64,000 bases of DNA from Octopus sinensis (Eukaryota): positions 156,674,001 through 156,738,000 of the forward strand of contig NC_042997.1 of the NCBI RefSeq assembly GCF_006345805.1, written 5' to 3'. Below the pieces are notes generated by a model, which worked only from the letters and a program-made list of their open reading frames with translations, did not search any database and was not told the origin of the DNA. Below, one piece after another: positions 13,521 through 24,639 of this stretch (the stretch's first letter is position 1; the number at the start of each line of letters is the position of its first letter). A program made the translations under genes and the position numbers.

Positions 13521-14202
13521 CAACCATGCTTAGACTGTACAAGATTTTACATCTTTTTTAAAGACCCCTAATTTCTATTAACATAATGCAGATGTTACTG
13601 GGAGTAAATTGCCTTAAAGTTCAGTATTTGTTCATGTTACCTCTGACATATTGAGCTTTATAGTAATGTGTAGGTATCATGTAACCAATTTTATCATGCT
13701 TTTGTTAAGAGTCTTGTTCCTGCTCCATACATTGGCACACTATTGTTCCTTCGACGAATTTAAGTTTCAGGTCTTGATTTAGATTTGATTTCTCTATTGT
13801 TGCCATTTTGTTGGATACTAACCAAGTTTAAGTGATAAAGCTTTAATACTCTTTACTGAGTAGGCTACAAGATACTAGAAATCTTTCACTTCTTTCAGTT
13901 TGTGTTCTCTTGTAATGTCTTGCTGATATCAAGATCAATTAAATCATCTAAAAGTCTGCGGCCTTTTGAAAATATAAGAAATCATTACTTGTACCATTAT
14001 CTTGCTTAATTAAGTTTTCTTGTTCATTTAAGTTTACACAAATTAAATATACTTATTTATCTGTTGTTTTTTTTTGTTGTTTTTTCTAAGTATTCTGTTT
14101 TCTGGAGCGCACTAAATTTAGTTTTATGCTTATCTCATCTGTTGTTATTTATTTATTTATTCTATTCTTTCTTTTATTTTATTGTATTTTTTTGTTTTTC
14201 AG

Positions 14203-14843
14203 GTGAGAGTTATGGTGAAGTGAATGGTTATGGCTCAGGACCAATGAAAAGGAAAAATCCAATTTCAAAGTTGATAGGAACTGGAGAGGCATCACCAAAG
14301 CCACGTCTTAGGATTGGTATGCCTGAGGAATTCCGCCGTGTCTCTGCTATTATTGATGTTGATATTGTGCCAGAGACACACAGACGTGTGAAACTCATGA
14401 AAAATGGTTCTGATAAACCATTGGGATTTTACATACGAGATGGTACTAGCTTCCGTGTGACTACCTCTGGGGTGGAAAAAGTACCTGGAATTTTCATTTC
14501 TCGTCTAGTTCCAGGAGGCCTTGCTGAAAGCACTGGCCTTCTGGCTGTGAATGATGAGGTTTTGGAAGTGAATGGTATCGAGGTGATGGGCAAGACTCTT
14601 GACCAGGTCACGGACATGATGGTTGCAAACAGCGCTAATCTGATTATCACTGTTAAGCCTGTGAATCAGCGAATGACTTTGGCTCCACAACGAGGTGGCT
14701 ATGGCCGCCATTCCCAGCTGTCGAATAAGTCACAGCAGTCTCAACAATCGGGGAAGTCCTATGACAGCGATGACGAAGATGATGTACAGGAGCTCCTTAG
14801 TAAGGAAGAGAAGGATAAAGACGGTCCTGTGGTTGTATTGTGA
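14203..14843 (+). CDS. PARD6: Par-6 terminal coding exon (semi-CRIB + PDZ + C-terminal PDZ-binding motif)
   Basis: Long polypyrimidine tract then ttttcag|GT at 14203, phase-compatible with the 5210 donor (G+GT=Gly). Encodes [17 protein letters not shown] (semi-CRIB), [21 protein letters not shown]...[30 protein letters not shown] (PDZ) and ends DGPVVVL-TGA. Confidence 0.97.
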
Positions 14844-14876
14844 GGGATGGTGGGAAAGTAAACAAAAATAATAAAC

Positions 14877-15021
14877 GTATATATATGTATTTACACATGT
14901 ATGTATATATACATGTGTGTATAAATACACATGTATATATATGTATACACACATGTATACACATGTATACACACATATGTATCTATGTATATACACACAT
15001 ATGTATGTATGTACACATATA

Positions 15022-15053
<32 letters not shown>

Positions 15054-15104
15054 CACACACATGTATATATATATATATATATGTATATATACACACACAT
15101 GTAT

Positions 15105-15140
<36 letters not shown>

Positions 15141-15201
15141 CAAGCACAAATATGTATGCATATATATACATGTATGTGTATATATATATATGTATATGTA
15201 C
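14877..15201. repeat. Mixed TA/TG/CA alternating purine-pyrimidine tract
   Basis: About 325 nt of nearly continuous RY alternation starting 34 nt after the par-6 stop. Confidence 0.9.
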
Positions 15202-15726
15202 ATTCTGGTGATGAGTGGAGTTATTGCTGTTGGCATTGTTATTGTTCCCCTCTTCCTCCTTCCCACCCCCCTTCAAAAATTCTCTATAATTTACCAACAC
15301 AAATGGACAGTGGGGTCAGAGAGAAGCTGTCTTAAACTAAATGCGTTTTACTAAGCGTGTTAAAACTAATGTCGAGCCTTCATTCATTTACATGTTCATC
15401 TCATTATGTTTCATCATGTGAGAATGGGTATCTAACTTTATATAATTAAATACACACACACTGACACACAGTATAATAATACCTCATACTACAAACACTA
15501 TCACACACTGAAACATGCATGCACCAACTACACATACACACAAATGCATATTTATATTATATATAGGTATGCATACTACATAGCTTTACATACACGCATT
15601 AATTAAATCACATGCACACAGACAAACAATTGATTAGTATCTTTCTTAATTTCTATTTATTTCTATGTCTTACTTTTCAATTTCATTTACCAAACATGGT
15701 TATATACATTTATTAATGTATGTATG

Positions 15727-15759
<33 letters not shown>

Positions 15760-15760
<1 letters not shown>

Positions 15761-16120
15761 CACACCTGTTTGTTTAGTCTACATCCATATATACACACAT
15801 CTGTATATTTGGTTTACATCTGTAAATGTGTTCACACGTGTTTATTTGGTTTACATCTGTAGATGTGTACATACACATCTGTTTATTTGATTTACATCTG
15901 TACATGTATGCAAGCACATTTATTTACATCTGTATGTGTGCATTCACACATTTTTTAAATTTTATTTTTTCATCTGTAGATGTCTTTATACATAAACATC
16001 TATTTGGTTTACATCTGTACATTGTGTACACACAGCTGTTTATTTGGTTTACATCTGTACATTGTATACACACATCTGTTTATTTGGTTTACATATGTAT
16101 ATATGTGTACACAATTTTTT
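15760..16120 (+). repeat. Degenerate about 39-bp minisatellite in the presumed par-6 3'UTR
   Basis: Roughly 8-9 copies of tttatttggtttacatctgtacattgtatacacacatctg. Confidence 0.8.
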
Positions 16121-16472
16121 TCTATATTTGTGTGTACATATTTGTTTATTTAATTCACATTTGTACGCTGTGTGTATGTATACACACCAGTTTATGTTTC
16201 TATGTATTCATGTTTATATTCATGTTTATTTTACATTCATATGTGTGTATGTACATACATGCACACACACATTTGTCTTCTACATTTGTGTGTGTGTATG
16301 ATTTGTCGAGATTTATTCTTGTGAAAGAGTGCCCATCTATTTATTTAGTTTATCTGTGTATGTATGTATGTATGTATGTATGTGTAAACAGTTGTGCTAT
16401 GTTTTCATCTGTAAATGTGCGTCCATCTGTTTGCCTGATTTTTACATCTGTTCATGCATGTATGTATGTGTG

Positions 16473-16527
<55 letters not shown>

Positions 16528-17450
16528 CCCAATTCACCACCATATTTTCTCTTCTTTCTTTGTGTGTGTATTCATGATTTGATTTGCATTCATGCATATA
16601 TGTGACTTTAACTGTATATAAAGTGCACATAATTTCACGTACCCCCACACAATCAAACACACAATATTATATGTAAATCAATGTATAATAAGTTCAGACT
16701 ATTAACCTCATTTCTAGAGATGAGAATATTTTTCTATAACATCTACATCTATACTATGTTTCAACCAGTTTATCAGTTATCATCAGATGTCTAACCTTGA
16801 TGTGTGGAAAGTGCCAAACTAGATTTGAACTAACAGTCTTTTATTTCTAATCTGTGTTAATAGTATAGTGAATAAGAGTATTACTACCCTTAATTTAAAG
16901 AGTATTACTACCCTTGATTTAAAAATAAATGTACCTTTATAAAAATCCAATCTTCTGCTATGTATGTATGTATCCATATATAAGATAACTGATGATGGAC
17001 CAGAGATAAACAAAATCAAAACTTAGTGTAGATGTAAATACTGAATATTTGTGCTTTTATCTCTGAAGATGAGATTGTTAGTCTGAAAACTATAATCTTT
17101 TTAACAACTCCTCATCTCAGGCATTTAAGTGTGTGTGTGTGTGTGTGTGTATGTATGTCTGCATATATGTGTGTGTGTGTGTGTGTGTGTGAGAAATTGT
17201 TTAGTTTCTACCCTTAGGGTGCCATAATCTTTACCTGTGTGTGTACGAGTGTCTTTATGCTACCTGTATGTCATACTTGCGTTGATACCCATTTTTATGA
17301 CAGTAAAATGTCAACTCCATCAGTAGAATCTACTGTTTTACTCCTTCCTCAGTCGTGTTTCAAGTAACATCTATGTATATGTCCCTTCTTGTACTCTCTC
17401 TTACTCGTTGTGTATGCAGCTATCTATCTACCCATCTTGACTTTATATAT

Positions 17451-17491
<41 letters not shown>

Positions 17492-18880
17492 CATATTACA
17501 TACACTGACATGCCTGTGTGTCTATATGTGATTGTTCCTTTCTTTATAAGTCATGTGTGTAGTTTGTCTTGTGTTCTGTCTATTTATTATATGTTGTAAT
17601 AGCTCCACTATCAACTTGGTTTAAAACATATCAACTTAAAATGCTATATTTATACCCCCAAACACTCCTGTTTATAAATAGCTCTATCTGTCTTTATATA
17701 TATATATATATATATATATAATCTTTCATCAGGGTTGAGGTGATTCCCTATTTAATTATCCATTTTCCTTTTGGCCTCTCTAAATGATAAATTTTTGTTT
17801 ATTTATCATTTTTGCTTTTTACTACATTCATTTTTTTTTGTCATATTTTATTTTCCTTTTGTTTACCAAAGAGAAATTTTTCATAACATCAATTTTCCTG
17901 TTCAATATTCCTGTTATGTGTATCTAACCAGCGTGTGTGTATGTTTAGATTTGTGTAGCAAGAAACTGTAGGGTTTAGGAAGTGGGGACACATACACACT
18001 TGTGCGTATACTCACTCAGATTCTTTTCGCTGTTTGTGTGTGTATATGCATGCAATACATGTAGTTATAGATGAATGAGGGCATATGTATGTATACACAC
18101 TGAGTGTATATCCCCTTATATCGTAGTTAGGGACTATTTTGTATTTGGGTTATCAGATTGAAAGACATGTTATCACACATTATTACATACCACATAGAAA
18201 TAGTGCTCATTAGCTTTTTTTCTTTTGCTCTTTCAAAAAGCATTAACTTTCCCAGTTAGACTTATTCTACTTGTGTTGATAAAGGCATAAATCACTACAG
18301 CACTTTATCAATATTCAAAAGGTTGTTTTCTTTGGCACATTTACATATATAATTACTACTGTGTTATATATACGTGACCATGGCTGTACACAATATGTAT
18401 GTTTTTATGTCAGATAAAAATAGTGTAATATAACAAATAAGATTCTCTGCTAGTTAAATGTAACCAAGAAATGCAACAAATGGCTGCACAAAATATAAAA
18501 TTTATATTTTTTATTGTGAAGACTATAAAGAGAATTATATTATTTTTTCAAATGGCCCCACTTCATCATATTTTTATAATTCCACTACTGCCTCCGTAAG
18601 CAGTTAATTTTTGTGCACTATTTGATATTTAAATAGCAAAACAAAGGAAAGCATATCTGTTAAATCTCTGATGCTCTTGTGCATTTTGAGAGAAAAATCA
18701 TAATTTCTGAAAAACTATATTGCTATGTTTGTGTATTTGTTTTTCATTATTCTTGATGTGACAACATGTGTTGAGACAGAAGATGGCTATCCCTAAGTAT
18801 AACAATAAGAATCTTGAAATGTTGACTAAATGCAAAATTGTTTGTCTACAGATAAGATGCCAAAACTTTTTTAGATTCTG

Positions 18881-18912
<32 letters not shown>

Positions 18913-20813
18913 CATGAGAGAGAGAGAGAGTCTAGTTGGACAGCATTCTAAAATCATAGCATTCTCAGTGTATCTGATATGGATTTCGTCCCCTCTTTAT
19001 TTGAATATTTCAAACTTTGGTGCAGCTGGAAAATAAAATATTTAAAAATGAAAATTTCGATATAACTGTTAATTTGAATTTTATTATTTTTTTTTATTTA
19101 TTACAATTTTTGTTTTCTCTTTAAAAAAAAATTTTAACATTTTTATTTCTGCATTAGAAATTTAAAGAAAACTTTTTTGGCCTTTTGGGATTTGGTTCAT
19201 ATAATGAAATATTTACATTGAATAAAATGATAAAGAAAGGAATTATTAAAAATTTTTTAATAAGTTTTTTTATTTGTTTGTTTAAATATTTTGTTTTTCA
19301 AATAAAATTATAATATAAAACTTTCTAAACCAAAATATTTAGTTCATTTCTATTTTCTATGCTAGATAAACCATTTAAGTTCTCTGCCCTTCAGCAAACA
19401 ATTTTCAGTCTGTTTTGGTTTCTGTGAAAGGACAACTGGGCTTATATTTTATCTCTTGCCACCAAACATTATTTAAGGCTAATATTGTCCTTGGAAAAAT
19501 TATGAACATCACACAACCTGATTTGCATTCCTTTTATTAATATAGATCGTAATGCCCATACCAGAAACTAACAAGTAATTATTATTAATTATACTTGATA
19601 TTTCAAATGCAAGGCATTGAAAAAAATTAAATTTTTAAGAATGCTAGATAAATTAACTATTTTTCTATTCACTAAAGTTTGGTATCTCAGAATTATGCAA
19701 ATTATTATTTTTTTCTTTTGTAACTTAGACATTAAAATAACAACTATGTTTTGCAGTTTATGAATACAGAACACAGATTTTTTTGCCCTTCCCAACAAGC
19801 AAAAATATCCTTTGCTGACTGAACTGAATTTCTATTGAGCTTAATATATCATACATGGTAACAATTGCAGAGATTTTTTAATATATATTTATATTTTTGA
19901 CTAAGTGATGCCACAGTAAATACTAACTGCATTTAAACTAGCTAAACTAAAATATTGATTACTAAACAGTTTCAGATTTCATTATAGTTTTCTTATTTTT
20001 CCATGTCAAAATAGAGGACACAAAATGTAACCAAAACCAGAAGTCTTTCACTGATACTTCTCAGAATAATAAAATATCAGATTTTATATTGAAAATTTGT
20101 AAACAAACTATTCAAAATCAAAGATCATCGCAGTTCCAAAATGTGATGTTCACCTGAATCTAGTTTATATTTGATAATTACTAAAAGACACTGTTATGAT
20201 GAGTCTTGGCCAAACCTTACTTTACAATTGATTTTTCACTTATTTTCTTATCTTAGTAATATAAAAATCCAGTCTTGTTAAATTACCTATGCTAAATAAT
20301 TGTTGGAGGTTGCAGCTTACCTCAGCTTGTCTAGAAATAATAGCTATTAATAGCAATTATTAAAAAAAAAATGAAATAAATGAAGAGAAAATCTGATGGT
20401 GAAAGGGGGAAAAAAAACTATATTTTTATAATAAATTTAAGGAAATTCATTCCTATTATATGGAGAATATCTAAATATCCTTGAAAAAAATCTTATGCAA
20501 GGTAGCACAAATGCCGACAAAACAAATTACTAATCATTTTATAATCCTTTGCTGATAGCTTACCTCTGGACTAACTAAACTAATTTAATCTATTTCTTCA
20601 TAGCCATTCCAGATATTATTACATCTTTGTAAAAAGAAACAAAAAGAAAAAAAAAATGCATGCTTGGATTTTATTTTTCTATGATCTGGTTTTTTGTTCT
20701 AATCTTTGTCAACTAATCATCATAGCTATGTTTGTCCATATATTTAGTGATCATGTCATTTCATCTAAAACTTTGCCATACATTGGTATTTTGAGGTTTA
20801 ACTTTCTTTGCAG

Positions 20814-20911
20814 GTGCTGATTATGACAAACCACTGGAAGATCGCAATAAAAGTAAAAGAAAATATCAACCTCTCAGGAGATATAGTCTGGCATACTGGT
20901 TAGGGTTTTGA
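20814..20911 (+). CDS. PARD6: Candidate alternative terminal exon of par-6 (xADYDKPLEDRNKSKRKYQPLRRYSLAYWLGF*)
   Basis: Acceptor tttaactttctttgcag|GT. The frame stays open for 32 codons to TGA 20909-20911 when entered in phase 1, the phase of both the 14800 internal donor and the 5211 donor. AATAAA at 21103-21108. No transcript evidence. Confidence 0.5.
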
Positions 20912-22145
20912 TGTCTACTGCCTGTGTGGAAGTTGGTTGAATATTGTGGCAGCATAGTATTTCTTGATGTGGGGCAACATTTGCTGTATAAACTGAAACA
21001 TTCTTCAAGATTATAGAGCCACATTTCTCTATGTAGGACTTTTAATTTCCTTGCTAATGAATTAAATATTATAGTTTCAAACTGATGTGTTGTTGTTTTT
21101 TAAATAAAAATATTCTATACAGAAATTGGTTATTGTAGTTGTTGTAAATGCTAAACATCAGAATCACTGATTTTATGCATCTCTCTTTGCACATCTTCAT
21201 CATGGTAAAGAATTCCCTTCTTCATGACCTGAAAAAACTTTAACTCTTCAACATTCAGATCACTCTGTCACATGTAATTAATCATACATTATCTCATACC
21301 TTCAAGATTTCAATATGATTGTGCAATTTTAGAATGGCATTGTAGGATAAGTGTGAGGGGTCAGATCTAACTGGTTTGAACATAAAACAGGTAGAATATT
21401 TGAGCCAGATTAAATGCTAAGATGTTAAACTTTAACAACTACCAACCTTATGCAAAATGTGACCTACATAGGGTATTGGTCCCACATCTGAGACGGTGCT
21501 ACTGGTACACATAAACATCCTAGACTTTATCAAAAGAGGAAAATAGAGATGGTAGCACCTGACTAATTGGTATGAAAATATTCACCAACATACTTTAAAT
21601 TTTCTGGTCCACAAACATGACATTTCCTCTCTCTCTCTCTCTCTCTTTTCTACTGTTACTTACAGTACAGCTGGCTGATATTGTGCCTCCTCCACTCAAG
21701 TGCTCCCAAATCACTCATGCATACTGTGTTTCCACCGCCAAGCCCCATGCTAAATGCTATACTGAGTTCTCTGGAAATTCACTTCTGTGTATGTCTTTCC
21801 AGCAATCAACTTGCATTCTGTTCAGTCTTGGTAGTTTTTAAGGGTCTGTAAAAACAATGGGCTCTTTCTTTCATATCAATATAAGACCACTGCCTTTTTT
21901 TATATCACTTAAGGAACCTGTGATGTCAATATAAATATGTGTGACGAAGAATTTCTAATTTTCAAGTCTGTTGTAATGCTTTTGGTAAACGAATGTTACC
22001 ATCAAAATATGTTTTAGATCTTTAATCTGAACATATTTAAAAACTTCCAACCATTCTCTTGACATTGCAAATGCCTCATCAATCATTTTATACATACATA
22101 TATATATATATCTTCTTTTACTTATTTTATACATATATATATATC

Positions 22146-22510
22146 TTTTACTTATTTCAATCATTTGAATGTAGTCATGCTGGAACACTGCCTTTAGTCA
22201 AACAAATCGACCCCAGGACTTATTCTTTGTAAGCCTAATACTTATTCTATTGGTCTCTTTTGCTGAACTGCTATGTTACAGGGACATAAACACACCAACA
22301 TCAGTTGTCAAGTGATGGTATGGGGACAAACACAAATACATACATACACATATGGGCTTTCAGTTTCCATCTATCAAATCCACTCACAAGGCTTTGGTTG
22401 GCCCGAGGCTATAGTGGAAGACACTTGCCCAAGATGCCACACAGTAGAACTAAATCCGGAACCACGTGGTTGGGAAGCAAGCTTCTTACCACACAGCCAA
22501 GCCTGCACCT
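22146..22510 (-). mobile_element. Full-length SINE family A copy
   Basis: Reverse-complement match by eye to 43629-44024. Confidence 0.8.
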
Positions 22511-24238
22511 ATATATATATATTCGCCTTATATATATATATATATATTCTCCATTGGCATTGCTTTATTTCATTTTACAGTTTCACTAATATTAAGCTCA
22601 TTGTTATTGCCTCCTGTTTCCATTTTTTTATTATTAATGTTTGCTGTGTTTTTTGTATATTTTTAATTGATAAATATTTAACGAATTCTGTGCAAGCAAG
22701 CCTATACAGACCATTTAAGGCATTTTTACATTTGAGTTTATTTAATGCTTAATGAAATTCTTGGTTTGTTTGATGTATGACTCTAATAATCCTGCTGGCC
22801 TTCTGTGTTTCTAGTTTTTCACTTGCTTTGTGGTTTGTAGAGTGACTCATTGCAATAGGAAGCTATTTCAGGTCAAGTTTGAAGCTGACTAATTCTGAAC
22901 TCTCTTTTTAACCTTCTCTTACATCACACACTGCAAATGGGAGAAGATATCACAAAGAATGTTAGCCATTTCTCTCTCTCTCTCTCTCAACATTTTCAGC
23001 TTTTTATTTAAATTACTTTGGCAAATAAATGTTGTTTCAAGGTGGTAGGTTTTAAATGTACTGTTGACCTCATCTAAACAAGATATTAGAAACTATTAAA
23101 AAAGTACTTCTAGTCATTTATCTTGGACATTTAATTTTGGTTTGTTAATAAAAAAGAAACACACTCAAATGGCTACAAAGTGATTTTGTTAAAACATTCA
23201 AGGAAGCACAAGAAAAAAGGGGAGCTTACAGTGATATATGGAGGGATTTTCAAAAATATATGCTTCTGTAACTGAAAAACCAATATGGTTTTATTAAATA
23301 GGTAAAAGCTGATTTAATGTTTAGAATATTAAAAAGCCACATTACTATGCTGCGGAACAGAAGAATAACAGAAGACCAATATAGTTTACAAGTATGGAAG
23401 ACAACACTTACCATGTTCTGCTCTTGGAACTTTTCAGTGTAATTTTTATTTGTTTTTTTTTTCTTTTTCTTGTTTCAGTCATTGGACTACAGCTATGCTT
23501 GAGCATTACTTGAAGGGTTTTAGCTGAACAGATCAACTTCAGTATTTTTTTTTTTTTTTAGTTTGGTACTTATTCTATTGGTTTCTTTTGTTAAACTGAA
23601 AAGTTATGGGAACATAAACAAACCAACACAGGTTGTCAAGTGGTGGTGGGGCAACAGACATAGGCACAAAGATGTGCTCACACACACATATATATACATA
23701 CATATATATATATATGTATTATATATGGTAAATGAAAGTCAGAAGATGGAACATATGACAATTTTTATTATTAATCACGATGATTGTTTCAACATGTCTA
23801 GCATTGATCCCTCATACGTGGGACACTTAACAACTGGTTCAGAAGCATCTAGTGGTGCAGATGTGCTTCATTGGGTGATAAATAGATACAACTCGTTAAA
23901 ATAACATTTCCGCATGACAGGCTTAGTGGGCTTCTTAGCTATACAATCCTGCCGTGTTGAACTAACAGTAATTAATCACTAAGTAAGAAAAGCATATGAC
24001 CAAGTATTAGTAGTAACACTGACAAAATAAAAGATAGCTCAGGAGGGGTTGTAGAGATGCTGGAGTTGAGGTGAGTAGAAATGTACTGAGAAGAGTTAAA
24101 ATGAAAGAGAGCTTAAGCAAAATTCTTCACATTCAAGAAGCATGTGTTCATTTAATGTGTGTGTTTTTTTTTTTGCCATGTCGGTTGAACAGGGAGTTGT
24201 GTGAGGCAGGATTTTAAATGTGCTTTCAGTCACTAACC

Positions 24239-24468
24239 TATTTTTTTACTACCCACAAGGGGCTAAACACAGAAGGGACAAACAAGGACAGACAAACGGA
24301 TTAAGTTGATTATATCGACTCCAGTGTGTAACTGGTACTTATTTAATCAACCCCGAAAGGATGAAAGGCAAAGTCGACCTTGGCGGAATTTGAACTCACA
24401 ATGTAATGGCAGACGAAATACTGCTAAGCATTTTGCCTGGCGTGCTAATTTTTCTGCCACTTTGTCGC
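24239..24468 (-). mobile_element. tRNA-derived SINE family B (Nin-domain-like) with 16-bp TSD
   Basis: TSD ctttcagtcactaacc at 24223-24238 and 24469-24484. Body gtcgactttgcctttcatcc...ataagtaccagttacacactgg. Relatives at 1251-1474, 41550-41855, 63590-63800. Nin assignment is from memory. Confidence 0.8.
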
Positions 24469-24639
24469 CTTTCAGTCACTAACCCTTATCTATTTTTCAA
24501 GTAAGAAATTTTTTTATGCCAGAGGTCATTGAAAGTGGGAAATGACCAGTCACAGTGTGAACAGGGAACTTAAACATCTTCACCATATTGCTGTCTACTT
24601 AATGTTCCATTCACTTCCATGCCACAGCAGCATGGAGGT

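Noticed and set aside
14429-14711. Minus-strand ORFs over the par-6 exon; likewise 33699-33884, 44153-44389 and 58952-59392
   Set aside because: Antisense shadows of real coding or LINE sequence.
14730-16660. Long Y/I/H/T/V/C/M-rich ORFs (up to 259 aa); similar ones at 54908-55305 and 62664-63002
   Set aside because: Microsatellite and minisatellite translation artefacts.
16874-16921. 24-bp direct repeat, and similar short duplications at 5912-5948 and 35904-35934
   Set aside because: Ordinary local slippage duplications with no further structure.
17062-17097. CTGAAGA-tg-AGAT-tgtta-GTCT-GAAAAC hammerhead-like string
   Set aside because: No stem I complement and no properly placed NUH triplet.
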